Shown here: positions 8,933 to 19,009 of the stretch, one piece after another
How the letters are laid out: every line of letters starts with the position of its first letter
How positions within the stretch are numbered: position 1 is the first letter of the stretch
DNA from: a virus
Taxonomy: Duplodnaviria; Caudoviricetes
Direction: 5' to 3' (one strand)
Length of the DNA: 64,000 bases
Virus record (IMG/VR): IMGVR_UViG_3300035520_001286
Coordinates: 4,532 to 68,531 of that record
Position numbers and translations under genes: made by a program
Notes under the pieces: model-generated
Database searches by the model: none
What the model was told of the DNA's origin: nothing
Seen by the model: only the letters and a program-made list of their open reading frames with translations

Positions 8933-9346
8933 TTATTCTCCTTTAATTATAATTTTACAATGCACTTTTTTATCAAAGATTAATACAATTCTTCCCCCAA
9001 AATAAACTTTATATGAACTGCATATATCTTGATATCCTTCACCATCTATCATCCAAACTTCATCGACATATGGTTTTTGAAAACTATGCTCTTCTTTTAA
9101 AATCTCAAATCTCCATTCATTATTAATTTTATACCAAGCAGCATCATCTTCATCTATTTCTTTTACATAACTTTTGTTTTGGAAATCCTCAACAAATTTC
9201 TTTGTAGCATAATATTTTTGAATATTTTTATTATAATACTCAAGTTTATCAAGTGTTACAATTATTTTTTTATTTTCATTTGATTCACTTGACATGTCAA
9301 CCCACCTTATACTAAAATTCAATATCAAATGCAAAAACCAAAACAA
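8933..9346 (-). CDS. hypothetical tail-region protein
   Basis: ORF track; tight packing with neighbours. Confidence 0.6.
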   Translation of the reverse strand: MFWFLHLILNFSIRWVDMSSESNENKKIIVTLDKLEYYNKNIQKYYATKKFVEDFQNKSYVKEIDEDDAAWYKINNEWRFEILKEEHSFQKPYVDEVWMIDGEGYQDICSSYKVYFGGRIVLIFDKKVHCKIIIKGE

Positions 9347-10707
9347 ATACTGTATAAATTAGTTGCATCATTTTGAAGAACAGTACCGTCAGTATCGATA
9401 TAACGGAATTTTGCTGTACCGCCGATACTTGGAGTACGAAGCCACCATTTCTGCGCTACACCATTCACGGTTTTAATTCTATCAGCTTTTGCAGTACCAT
9501 CCTTTACTGTTTTATAATAGGCGTACCGACTGCCCTCATCTTTATAACCATCGTTCGTGTTTCCACTAAGTTCAACCTCGGCAAACAGCCAAAGTTCACA
9601 ACCAATACGAGTAACGGAAGTGCTTTTATTGCCAATTGTGGAACTTTTAAATACTCGCGCTATGACTTTCTTTAAATCATCGGGCAATAAATTGTATACT
9701 GTTTCGTTAAGATAAGTTCGCATATACGAATCATACCAACCGCCAGAGTTGGTAGCAGTACTATTCATAACCGCCGTTATATTAGGCAATAGTCCAGTCA
9801 TACCAAAAGTAATAGGAGCTTTACTTTCATCTGCATATTTGGTATCATGGTCAAAATCTAAAATTACCACTTCAAACTCTTCACCAGTAGTCAATTTAAC
9901 GGTTTTTGTGTCTCCTACCTTAAACACGCTGCTTGCTTTGCCTGAATCAGCTATTTGCTTTATTGAATCCCAACTTGCATCCGCAAAGGTTAATGCTTGA
10001 GGAACAAATTGTGTTCCATTCCAATATATACCTTGAAAATCATTGCCAACAAAAGATGAACCAAGAAAATCCACAAAAACAGAAGATAACTTTGATTGAA
10101 TTTCATCAATTGAAGAATTAATTTTTTCTATCGAATTATTTGTATTTTCAATAAAAGTATTTGTACTACCAATAAAACTATTTAATTTATTTTTGTTTAC
10201 ATTATATGAAGCAATTAATTCATTTAATTTATTAGCAACATCAAAAATAGAAGCTTTAAACAATTGTTGGATATCGTCTTCATTTTCTTCTATCGAATCC
10301 AAAACTATGCATGATTTATTTATCAAATTATTTAAATCTATCGTTAATACATCATCAACCCTAACTAAAAGCTCATCATCTACTACACTAAGATCAGAAA
10401 CCGAAAGCTCTTTCCATCTAATTCCATCGTCATATTTTTCACAAATATAAAACCTATTTCTCTCAAATTGTTCAAATGTATTTCCAACATAGAACATAAT
10501 ATTATTATTATCGTAAAACTCTTCAATTGGATCCAATATAATTTTTGTTACTATTATATCAGGGTACTTCCAATCTGTATCATTTTCTGTATTACTATTT
10601 TTCTTTATTATTTGTCCTTTTTCACCACCAGAAGGAACACCAACTGCTTTAATCCCAGAATATATTTCAAATTCAATTACATCTTGTATATCAGCCATAT
10701 TAACCAA
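9325..10707 (-). CDS. tail fibre/receptor-binding protein with C-terminal DUF6273-like domain
   Basis: C-terminal WDSIKQIADSG...VILDFDHD...GGWYDSYMRTYLN...WWLRTP...FGFCI; coiled-coil middle; start probably the ATG at 10698. Confidence 0.65.
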   Translation of the reverse strand: MVNMADIQDVIEFEIYSGIKAVGVPSGGEKGQIIKKNSNTENDTDWKYPDIIVTKIILDPIEEFYDNNNIMFYVGNTFEQFERNRFYICEKYDDGIRWKELSVSDLSVVDDELLVRVDDVLTIDLNNLINKSCIVLDSIEENEDDIQQLFKASIFDVANKLNELIASYNVNKNKLNSFIGSTNTFIENTNNSIEKINSSIDEIQSKLSSVFVDFLGSSFVGNDFQGIYWNGTQFVPQALTFADASWDSIKQIADSGKASSVFKVGDTKTVKLTTGEEFEVVILDFDHDTKYADESKAPITFGMTGLLPNITAVMNSTATNSGGWYDSYMRTYLNETVYNLLPDDLKKVIARVFKSSTIGNKSTSVTRIGCELWLFAEVELSGNTNDGYKDEGSRYAYYKTVKDGTAKADRIKTVNGVAQKWWLRTPSIGGTAKFRYIDTDGTVLQNDATNLYSICFGFCI

Positions 10708-11077
10708 CCTTAATTTTCATATTATGTATTAGATCATAACACATTTCATCATTTTCATCATACAATTTTGCTTTCAACACATAATCCACACCATCTCTAA
10801 GCAACATTGTGTCTTCACCTTTAAATTCAATATATACTATATTATTTTTTATGTTAGTATATTCAAACTCTAGTATATTATTTACAAATCTTGGGTCCCT
10901 TTTTATTTCTACTCTAATTTTCCATTTTTCTGGTATATTTATATCTATATCTTCATTATGGATACCCTTAGTATGTATAGTAAACTTTACAGGCAATACA
11001 AAACTATCACCTTGGTTTATTTTTAATATTCTATTATCTTGTCTAACATCAGAAAATTCAGAAATTATATTGTACAT
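10700..11077 (-). CDS. BppU-N-terminal-like tail protein
   Basis: INQGDSFVLPVKF beta-sandwich-like start; position. Confidence 0.45.
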   Translation of the reverse strand: MYNIISEFSDVRQDNRILKINQGDSFVLPVKFTIHTKGIHNEDIDINIPEKWKIRVEIKRDPRFVNNILEFEYTNIKNNIVYIEFKGEDTMLLRDGVDYVLKAKLYDENDEMCYDLIHNMKIKVG

Positions 11078-11087
11078 TATAATACCA

Positions 11088-11468
11088 CTATAAAACGTTT
11101 ATTTTACATTCAATTGTGCTATATACTACATCAGCAACCGGTACTTCCATTAAATTTAAAATTTCTTCATTCTCACTTAAATTTATATCATACCCTTTTG
11201 AGTTTCCATTTGGTTCTGAAATTATTTCAATTTTGTGTTCACCAACTTCAAATGACTCAATTGTTATATAACTATTGTAGTTATCATCTAGAATATCACT
11301 AGAAGTCACCAGATTAGCTTCCGTGTCATCAATATATACTTTTAATATATTTATATTGTTTGGACATATAATTGACACCTGAGCCTTTTTGGATAATTCT
11401 AAATTACACTGTATTTTTTTACTATATATAATTTGTTTGTAATTATTTAATATATTATCTAACGCCAT
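11088..11468 (-). CDS. hypothetical tail-region protein
   Basis: ORF track; position. Confidence 0.6.
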   Translation of the reverse strand: MALDNILNNYKQIIYSKKIQCNLELSKKAQVSIICPNNINILKVYIDDTEANLVTSSDILDDNYNSYITIESFEVGEHKIEIISEPNGNSKGYDINLSENEEILNLMEVPVADVVYSTIECKINVL

Positions 11469-11483
11469 ATTTAATCACCAAAC

Positions 11484-11846
11484 TTAACTATCCAAATTTT
11501 CAAACATTTTATCTATATCTTCAAACGTAGCTTCATTATGTTCACAACTACTTTGACCTTCACCAACATATATATATTTATAATAATCTTTTATTCCAAC
11601 TATTTTTAGAAAAACACTATCAGTTTTTCTTAATACTTCTTCTGGAACATAACAACAATTATCATCGTCTAATTCAGAAAAATATCTTTTACTTAATTCA
11701 TTTCTAAAAACTGCAACATAAGTTAAATCTTTATTTCTTTTTTGAAATAAAAACTTCAACTTAATAGATTTTTTTGAATCTTTCGATAATATAATGCCAT
11801 CGTCCATATATAAAGTATTTTTATTTGTTACTAATATATTATCCAT
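11484..11846 (-). CDS. baseplate upper/fibre-attachment-like protein
   Basis: AVFRN...CYVPEEVL...VG pattern typical of BppU-like N-terminal domains. Confidence 0.45.
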   Translation of the reverse strand: MDNILVTNKNTLYMDDGIILSKDSKKSIKLKFLFQKRNKDLTYVAVFRNELSKRYFSELDDDNCCYVPEEVLRKTDSVFLKIVGIKDYYKYIYVGEGQSSCEHNEATFEDIDKMFENLDS

Positions 11847-11863
11847 ATTATTATATTAATTTT

Positions 11864-12769
11864 TTATGAATTATATGATATTTTTGCATATGACAAAAAC
11901 TTATATACTTGCCCTGTTGAACTAGTTACTTTTATTGCACCAAAACCACCATCAGAATAATAACAATACGTTAAATTTACACTTGTTGATCCAACTGGAG
12001 CATATATAACATTATTAGAAGCACTACCATATACATTATGATTAGTGACATATAATGTACCTGTATAATACGGACCTGATCCTGCAATAAATGTGGCAAT
12101 ATAAATACCAGGACCAGAAGTTACAAAATATTCAGGAAAATCATCAAATACTATATATTGTATTTTATTTTGTTTTCCATTAGTAATTTGATTTAAACTA
12201 CTCAAACTTACAATTAAACTATCATACTTACTATCTATACTGTCAAATTTTTCTTTAATATTTCCAGAATCAGTATCATAATTTTGAGGATAGCCTTTGT
12301 GCGTTAGCTTTAATTTACCATTACTAAAACTTCTTTCTAATTGAATTGTGACACCATTATGCTCTTGGTATGTAGTACCATCGCTATATTGAAACAAGCT
12401 ATCTGATAATTGAAGTGGATGCAAATCATAATCACCAAGCAAAAAATATTTAAAATACTTTACCAATTTTTCATAGTTCTCTTTTAATTCTTCTTCAGTT
12501 TTGCCTGTAGTAATATCATCTATTTTTGTATTACCAATAGTTTTATCCTTTATCGCTTCGCATAACGCACTTACTACAAAACTCATCTGCCTTAACGTAG
12601 TATTCATTACATCAGAACTTGCATACATACCAGGAGAAAAGTATTTCTTTACATTATCACTATTAAAAGTATCATCATCATAAATTTTTGCATTTGTTTC
12701 GGCATCCCTTTCAGTGGCTAAATTTTCACCAAATACTTTTATTTTATTTTCCGCCATTTTATACCTCAA
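11864..12769 (-). CDS. baseplate-anchored tail fibre protein
   Basis: N-terminal ASSDVMNTTLRQMS motif of myovirus fibre proteins following baseplate wedge genes. Confidence 0.6.
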   Translation of the reverse strand: MRYKMAENKIKVFGENLATERDAETNAKIYDDDTFNSDNVKKYFSPGMYASSDVMNTTLRQMSFVVSALCEAIKDKTIGNTKIDDITTGKTEEELKENYEKLVKYFKYFLLGDYDLHPLQLSDSLFQYSDGTTYQEHNGVTIQLERSFSNGKLKLTHKGYPQNYDTDSGNIKEKFDSIDSKYDSLIVSLSSLNQITNGKQNKIQYIVFDDFPEYFVTSGPGIYIATFIAGSGPYYTGTLYVTNHNVYGSASNNVIYAPVGSTSVNLTYCYYSDGGFGAIKVTSSTGQVYKFLSYAKISYNS

Positions 12770-13628
12770 TTATATATTTTGAATTATTTTTTTCTTCAGA
12801 ATAAAATCCATATAATGTTTTAATTACAATAATTTTATCTTTATTGTTAGTAGAATAATTACTTGGATTTATCCACATATTTATTTCATCTTCTTCCTCA
12901 GTATAATTAACTATTTCTCTACAATATTTTATATACGATTCAGTATCTTTAAATTTATTATATATAAATTGCCTATGATCATATTCTTGACTTCCTTCAG
13001 ATATATTATTCAACCAAGAACTTAAATTGTTTCCATAACTTTCATATATTTCTTTTGCTTCATTGAAATCGTAATCATAAGTAAATATATCACCATACCT
13101 ATACTTAAACGTAGAACTAACCCCAAGTAATTTTGGTGTTGTATATTTTAAAAATATCTCATATGGAATATTATAAACAAAATCATTTGAAGAAACATCT
13201 ACTTCCAAACTCATATTATTTTCTTCAACTAAAATATTAGCATCACTAAAGATATATTCTAAGTTATCTATTAAACTTTCCCTATTTCCCCTAAAAATAT
13301 TATTTATAATTTTTCCTTTAATAGCAACTAGTAAATATTTCTTATAATTTTCATTTTCCTTATTTACATCTGAAATTTTTACATTTAAAATATCAGCTAT
13401 TTTTTGTAATGTAAAAATAGAATATTTAGATTCATCATAATTAAATGCTGCATTAAACTGTTCGAAATAATCCAAAATATTATTGCAGCCATTTAATATA
13501 TAATTATTAACTAATTCAGTAAATTTATAAAATCCACCTTCATGCTTTTCTCCATATTTATCTTCATACACATTATATCTATAAAAATAAGCAGGAAGTT
13601 TATTTAAGAATTTATCTAATTTAACCAT
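12759..13628 (-). CDS. baseplate wedge protein (DUF2612 / P2 gpI-like)
   Basis: LQKIADILNV...YKKYLLVAIKGKII pattern; follows baseplate J. Confidence 0.55.
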   Translation of the reverse strand: MVKLDKFLNKLPAYFYRYNVYEDKYGEKHEGGFYKFTELVNNYILNGCNNILDYFEQFNAAFNYDESKYSIFTLQKIADILNVKISDVNKENENYKKYLLVAIKGKIINNIFRGNRESLIDNLEYIFSDANILVEENNMSLEVDVSSNDFVYNIPYEIFLKYTTPKLLGVSSTFKYRYGDIFTYDYDFNEAKEIYESYGNNLSSWLNNISEGSQEYDHRQFIYNKFKDTESYIKYCREIVNYTEEEDEINMWINPSNYSTNNKDKIIVIKTLYGFYSEEKNNSKYIIEV

Positions 13629-13629
13629 T

Positions 13630-14715
13630 TTAGCTCCAATTAATAATTATATCAATTTCTTCATTAGCTTCATTTTTATTTTTAACATTTACATTAGCTT
13701 TTTCGTCTAATAAAATTTCTATATCATTATTGATACCAAAATCCAATGCTCCAATATTTGTTAAACCATCATTGTACTTATAAGCAGATATAGATGAAAG
13801 AATAAAATCTTTTGAAGTTAAGCCAAACTCATCATATAAATTAAATACACAATTAAGGATATCATAATATTGGACATTTGTATATGGATCTAATTTATCA
13901 ATAACATCAAACATCTTATTTTTCAAAGAATCACTTATAGAAGATTTTTGATTACTAGACAAACTAGAAATTGACTTTAATGTAATTGAAAACTTCAAAT
14001 TTACATTTACAACTTTTAAAAATTCAACTGTAACTGTTTTATCGTTTGTGCATATGCCTTCTTGTTTATTTTGTAATGCATTTGATTCATCACTTAATCC
14101 AACTGAACAACCTAATGTCTTATAATCATGAATACAAGTTGCAATTTCATTTTTCATATCATCGGCATATTTTTCTTCATTAATATCATATTGAACAAAT
14201 ACAGCAATTGAATGTGGCAATACAACTTGACTATTATTATAATGTAATTTTATGCTTTCATTCCCTTCACTACTATTATCATAAATATTAGCATAAGAAA
14301 CTTTCCCAACTATTTCATTATCATCAACAATATTTACTTTTAATAATTTAGAAATCAATGCTAATTTATTACTACTTGATTCGCTAACTGCAGAATTTAT
14401 ATACCTATATCTCAAATGTGCATCTGCCTCATTCTCATATCTTTGTATGCCAACCAAAGAACAAAGATTATCTAAAGCAATTCCAGTTGCTGTAGTAGCA
14501 TTAAATGAATTAAATACATCTTTGCATGCACATGAAAATGATGCTAAACAATTTGACAAAAGATCCAAAAAAACATCGAATTCGCTCCCATCATCAGTCG
14601 CAAAATCACTACCAAAAGCTTGTTTAGCCATATTGTTTAAGTCTTCTTTAATTTCACTTTTAATAGGAACATGAAGACCATTATCATCTATATAAATTAA
14701 AGAATCATTTGCCAT
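13630..14715 (-). CDS. baseplate J-like wedge protein
   Basis: AFGSDFATDDGS, TATGIALDNLCSLVGIQR, EADAHLRYR, PHSIAVFV motifs. Confidence 0.8.
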   Translation of the reverse strand: MANDSLIYIDDNGLHVPIKSEIKEDLNNMAKQAFGSDFATDDGSEFDVFLDLLSNCLASFSCACKDVFNSFNATTATGIALDNLCSLVGIQRYENEADAHLRYRYINSAVSESSSNKLALISKLLKVNIVDDNEIVGKVSYANIYDNSSEGNESIKLHYNNSQVVLPHSIAVFVQYDINEEKYADDMKNEIATCIHDYKTLGCSVGLSDESNALQNKQEGICTNDKTVTVEFLKVVNVNLKFSITLKSISSLSSNQKSSISDSLKNKMFDVIDKLDPYTNVQYYDILNCVFNLYDEFGLTSKDFILSSISAYKYNDGLTNIGALDFGINNDIEILLDEKANVNVKNKNEANEEIDIIINWS

Positions 14716-14724
14716 ATAACACCT

Positions 14725-15048
14725 TTATATATTTAAAACAATTTCATTATTATAAATTGTGCTTATTTTTATTGTAGCTGAATATTTTCTATTTTTATCT
14801 ATTGAGCTATCAAAACTTTTAATTGAATTTATGCCTTCAGTATTCAATATAGTTGAAGTTACATATAAATCAACTTCATTTTTATTAGAACCTATAGGAA
14901 CACCAATCCTCGTGTTATAATAAAGCTCACCATAAATTATTTTCAATCTTGCATATAACACATTTTTTATTGCATCATTATCTTTAACAAAATTCTTTAA
15001 ATCAATGATATCATGCCCATTTTCATGTTTAACAACAAAATATTTCAT
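14725..15048 (-). CDS. baseplate wedge, gp25/gpW-like
   Basis: RLKIIYGELYYNTRIGVP...ILNTEGINSI pattern; position. Confidence 0.7.
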   Translation of the reverse strand: MKYFVVKHENGHDIIDLKNFVKDNDAIKNVLYARLKIIYGELYYNTRIGVPIGSNKNEVDLYVTSTILNTEGINSIKSFDSSIDKNRKYSATIKISTIYNNEIVLNI

Positions 15049-15425
15049 ATGCTAAATTTACCTATAGCTACACAATTACTAATATCGTGTATTTCACCAT
15101 TACTATTTATAATTTCTTCGCTTTCCGAATCATACCCACTATATGATCTATCTAAAGTAATACAAACACAAATATCACCTTCTTTTGGGCTCCAACCTGA
15201 AATATATGGCACATTCTTAAATTCAGGCAATTCTATGTATACTTCACCATCTTTTTGATTAATTGACTCTGCAACTATTGGTTTTGCATTTAATTTATTA
15301 TCATTTACTTGTGTAACTTTGCAAATTGTTGCTAACCTTAAGTTTGTTATATTGTTCGATATAGCCTGATTTGTATTTGAATAATCACTTTGATTGTAGT
15401 ATGATCTTAATGCCTTTTTGTTCAT
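15045..15425 (-). CDS. baseplate spike N-terminal (Gp138/gpV-like OB fold)
   Basis: ICKVTQV...AKP...PKEGDICVCITLDRS...HDISNCVAI. Confidence 0.65.
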   Translation of the reverse strand: MNKKALRSYYNQSDYSNTNQAISNNITNLRLATICKVTQVNDNKLNAKPIVAESINQKDGEVYIELPEFKNVPYISGWSPKEGDICVCITLDRSYSGYDSESEEIINSNGEIHDISNCVAIGKFSI

Positions 15426-15428
15426 ATA

Positions 15429-16367
15429 TTAAATTCCATCAAATATTTCTCTGCTTAATGCTCTTACAGAAGTTTTACATTTCCCACCATTATTTGCAAA
15501 ATCAGTCGAAAATGAAATTACCCTATATAAATTGTCTGAATCCAATTGGGCACCATAATCCCTACTTGGAGTTACACCAGTTTGATTTGAAGATATTATG
15601 CTATTGTTGATTAGTACCAATCTATATATTGACATTCTACTATTAATTAGGCATTCAAAAGATAAACCATCTTGCTCTAATGTTGGTATTCCTATTAATC
15701 CACTTTTACTTTCTACTTTTCCCGATTCTTTATTTTCTTGACTAAAAACTATACAATCTTCATATCCACTTTCTTTTTCATATATTGATACATAATCGTT
15801 TTCTATATTTAATAACATGTCACATTTATCAGCAATATCTTGCAAACATTCAGCTTGCGATTTATAAAAAACTAATGAACCACTTACAGTATAATTTTTT
15901 AATTTCTCACTTAAGTTATAACTTACTTTATATGTGCCATTACTACATACATCTTTTGCGATTTGATAATAATTTGCCCCATCGTCATATGATCCAGAAT
16001 AAAACCCATATGTTGAAAAATCACCACTATCATACACATAAAATGTAGTTTTATTCGTAACTTCATTTTCCCTTTGGTTCATTATCCTCATCAAATTACC
16101 TTCAAATATAGTGTTCATTTGCCCATCATCTTCATAACCAAATAAAACACTAATAGTATAATTTGAATAATTTGATGCTATATTACCAACGATTGTAGAT
16201 GATAGATTATATACCCTTAACGTTAATTTATCTACTTCAGTTCCACAAAATCTTTGTATTTTACCTTTACAAATTAAATTATTTACTCCATCTTCATGAT
16301 TGACTAATATGTATGTTTCTCCAGTTGTTTTATCAGTGGCATAAACATCTATATTCCTCTTAAACAT
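15429..16367 (-). CDS. baseplate hub protein (T4 gp27 / Mu gp44-like)
   Basis: LRVYNLS, FGYED...IFEGNL, SGLIGIPTL...CLIN motifs. Confidence 0.75.
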   Translation of the reverse strand: MFKRNIDVYATDKTTGETYILVNHEDGVNNLICKGKIQRFCGTEVDKLTLRVYNLSSTIVGNIASNYSNYTISVLFGYEDDGQMNTIFEGNLMRIMNQRENEVTNKTTFYVYDSGDFSTYGFYSGSYDDGANYYQIAKDVCSNGTYKVSYNLSEKLKNYTVSGSLVFYKSQAECLQDIADKCDMLLNIENDYVSIYEKESGYEDCIVFSQENKESGKVESKSGLIGIPTLEQDGLSFECLINSRMSIYRLVLINNSIISSNQTGVTPSRDYGAQLDSDNLYRVISFSTDFANNGGKCKTSVRALSREIFDGI

Positions 16368-16696
16368 TAGTTATGCTCCCATATTGCAAAAAAATTATTT
16401 ACTAATGTTTCAGATGATGGAATTTTATCATAATCTTCCTTCATATATGGAATAATATAAAAATTTCCCAAATTATAATATGCAAACTGCATAAATAAAT
16501 TTGAACCAACGACCATATTAATACCACTAATTATATTTTTATATTCTCCATTTTTCAAAATGTCAACATCAATAAAATACATATCATTTAACAAATCATG
16601 ACGAATATGCAATTTAACTTTATTGCCATTACATATTGAAATAAAACAACTAGAAAGATTTGTATGAAATTTTAACTGATATGATAAAATCTCCAT
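16367..16696 (-). CDS. small baseplate protein
   Basis: Position between tube initiator and hub; beta-rich. Confidence 0.55.
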   Translation of the reverse strand: MEILSYQLKFHTNLSSCFISICNGNKVKLHIRHDLLNDMYFIDVDILKNGEYKNIISGINMVVGSNLFMQFAYYNLGNFYIIPYMKEDYDKIPSSETLVNNFFAIWEHN

Positions 16697-16699
16697 AAT

Positions 16700-17350
16700 T
16701 TATTCACACAACCAAGATATAAAACCACCAACCGCACCTACTAAAGCTCCAACACCAGCACCAACCCCTGGAATTGGAACAATATTACCAACCACGGCAC
16801 CAATTGCCGCACCAGCAGCAACTTTGCCTAACAAACTTGAAACTGTATTCCCACTTTCTTGTTCTGAGTTCTCATCAACACTATCCTGTGTAGTTTCAAC
16901 CTCAATTGGCAATGTTATTGTTTTTAAATTTGCAATTCTTATTTCTTGCAATGTCATACTAATATCTAAAGCATAAATCTCACTACCTTCTGAAAAGGCA
17001 TATTTGCTAATTAATAAATTATTATATAAATCATTTCTTGTTTGTAAATCTAATAATGTATGATTTGAATCCCATTGTTTTATTAATTCTTTTACTTGCT
17101 TATATCCTAAAATGATTTTATTACCATTACTATCATAATAATAAAATCCATTAGAAGTAGAAATTACTTTACTAATACCAAAATCAAGATTTATAGACTT
17201 AGGTTCACAATATGCATGATCTGATATATTTGCGCCTTCCGTTGTAGGATATTTAGTAATTGTAGTGTTATAATCAATATCAAGACGTGAAACACATAGG
17301 ATATAGTATATTATATCATTTTCAACATCTCTAACATAAATACTTTCCAT
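16700..17350 (-). CDS. tail tube initiator/baseplate protein with C-terminal glycine zipper
   Basis: ITKYPTTEGANISDHAY...LLDLQTR...YNNLLI...LQEIRI motifs; Gly/Ala-rich hydrophobic C-terminus. Confidence 0.7.
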   Translation of the reverse strand: MESIYVRDVENDIIYYILCVSRLDIDYNTTITKYPTTEGANISDHAYCEPKSINLDFGISKVISTSNGFYYYDSNGNKIILGYKQVKELIKQWDSNHTLLDLQTRNDLYNNLLISKYAFSEGSEIYALDISMTLQEIRIANLKTITLPIEVETTQDSVDENSEQESGNTVSSLLGKVAAGAAIGAVVGNIVPIPGVGAGVGALVGAVGGFISWLCE

Positions 17351-17352
17351 AT

Positions 17353-18435
17353 TTACCCATTCAATGCTTGTCTTATTGCCAAAGACAAATCGGAACTACT
17401 ATCATTACTTGCACCATTGTATGTATTATATTGCGTAACCTTTGTATCATAACTATTACTTGTATTACTTGTACTTCCGCTAAATGCATTTCCTAACCAA
17501 CTAATTGGAGCCGAAATAATACTTAATAAATTATTTATAAATTCTATAAACGTATCAAAAGCAAATTGCATTGTATCTGAAGATAATATATCGGCAATTC
17601 CTTGAAACATATTAGTTATGTTATTTAATAATTTTGGTAAAGCACTACTTTCAGCAAATAATTTCATAACCGCAACTTTCATTTGCATTTCAATTTCTAC
17701 CTGCTTCAATTGATACTCTTGTGTAGCTTCATTAAACTTTTGTAATTTATCTTGATCTATTTGACTAACTAAATCCTCATATTGACCTGTCAAACTATAA
17801 AACGCTTCCCTTTGTGCAGAAGTTGCAGTAGACAAATCACTCATATCCATGTCTAACGACTCTAAAGCATAACTCATTCCTTGTGCCGTAGTAGTACTAA
17901 CACCAAGATTTGACATAATATTTTTAATTCCACTATTTGTAAAAATAGAATCACTTGAAACAAAATCATTACTAATAGTTGAAGCCTGATCAGCCAATTG
18001 TTCACCTATTTCAACTACTTGCTTTATAATCTCAACTGCGACTCCTATGGCTGAAGTTGCACCACCTATTTGTGGAATTAAACTTTCATTTACACCAATA
18101 CTTTTTCCTAATTGACCAATAATTTCATTACCATATTTTTTTAAATCATTACCAAATAAAGATTGGGATAATTGATTGTTCTGCTTATTATTTTTATTTC
18201 CAATTTGTTGTATTTTATTTTTTTTAACTACTTTTTCTTCTTGTTCATTTACACTTTTTACATTACTATTTAACTTTTGTAACTTAGAAATATCTAAATC
18301 AAAAACGCCAGAATATTTCTTTTTAAGTTCGTCTAATTTTTTATCAATTGAACCTAAAGCTTCATCCCATAATTTTTCATCTACAAAAGGTGTTATCGCA
18401 ACCAAATACTCATCAGAATACTTCTTATCAGCCAC
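17353..18435 (-). CDS. tape measure protein (short, 360 aa)
   Basis: Position after the tail chaperones and before the baseplate; helical Ala/Ser/Gln-rich composition; GTG start with AGGAGG RBS. Confidence 0.6.
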   Translation of the reverse strand: MADKKYSDEYLVAITPFVDEKLWDEALGSIDKKLDELKKKYSGVFDLDISKLQKLNSNVKSVNEQEEKVVKKNKIQQIGNKNNKQNNQLSQSLFGNDLKKYGNEIIGQLGKSIGVNESLIPQIGGATSAIGVAVEIIKQVVEIGEQLADQASTISNDFVSSDSIFTNSGIKNIMSNLGVSTTTAQGMSYALESLDMDMSDLSTATSAQREAFYSLTGQYEDLVSQIDQDKLQKFNEATQEYQLKQVEIEMQMKVAVMKLFAESSALPKLLNNITNMFQGIADILSSDTMQFAFDTFIEFINNLLSIISAPISWLGNAFSGSTSNTSNSYDTKVTQYNTYNGASNDSSSDLSLAIRQALNG

Positions 18436-18446
18436 AATAACACCTC

Positions 18447-18690
18447 CTAATTTTTATTTATATTATCATTATAACTTAAATTAATGTTTGAATCACAAAC
18501 AACCATAATTTCTATTAAATCCAAAACTTCCCAAACATCTAATAATTCCCTTATCTCATAATATGTTGCATATTTATTTACAATTAAATTATACAACCAT
18601 AATGGAACATTTTTAGGTATTATTGTTCTGCTTGTTTTGTTTCCTTTTCTTTCAACCCTTTCTGGAAAGCTTTGGATTCTGTAAAAACTG
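18447..18690 (-). CDS. tail assembly chaperone 'T' segment, probably made by -1 frameshift (not in ORF track)
   Basis: The -1 frame is open from about 18700 to a TAG at 18447 (…IIPKNVPLWLYNLIVNKYATYYEIRELLDVWEVLDLIEIMVV…); no usable upstream ATG; position between chaperone and TMP. Confidence 0.6.
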
Positions 18691-19009
18691 GCATTAACAC
18701 CTCAGATTTAAATCTTGAAAACATAATTAAGGAAATGCCAGGATCATCATTTAATTCTGGAAGTCTTGCAGAACCAGAATCATCAACTAAAGGAAAGAAG
18801 TTTTTCATATCTTTACTCCATAAACAACACTGCAAAACTTTTTTTACAAATTCCTCTACTTTATCAATTTGTCCTTGATCATCTTGCGATTTTAAAATAA
18901 AGCTCAAGTGTTCAATAGGATTTAATTTTTTAAATTTAAAAATAACATCGTCAACGATATCATCATAAATTATTTCATAATATTTTTTGTTTTCCATAGT
19001 TAACCTCAA
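18620..19009 (-). CDS. tail assembly chaperone 'G'
   Basis: FKFKKLNPIE start, size and position before the TMP. Confidence 0.6.
   Translation of the reverse strand: MRLTMENKKYYEIIYDDIVDDVIFKFKKLNPIEHLSFILKSQDDQGQIDKVEEFVKKVLQCCLWSKDMKNFFPLVDDSGSARLPELNDDPGISLIMFSRFKSEVLMPVFTESKAFQKGLKEKETKQAEQ

Noticed and set aside
9325-10707. Diversity-generating retroelement targeting the DUF6273-like or YPIGS fibre tips
   Set aside because: No reverse transcriptase and no second near-identical copy (template repeat) were seen in this window; one could exist elsewhere in the genome.
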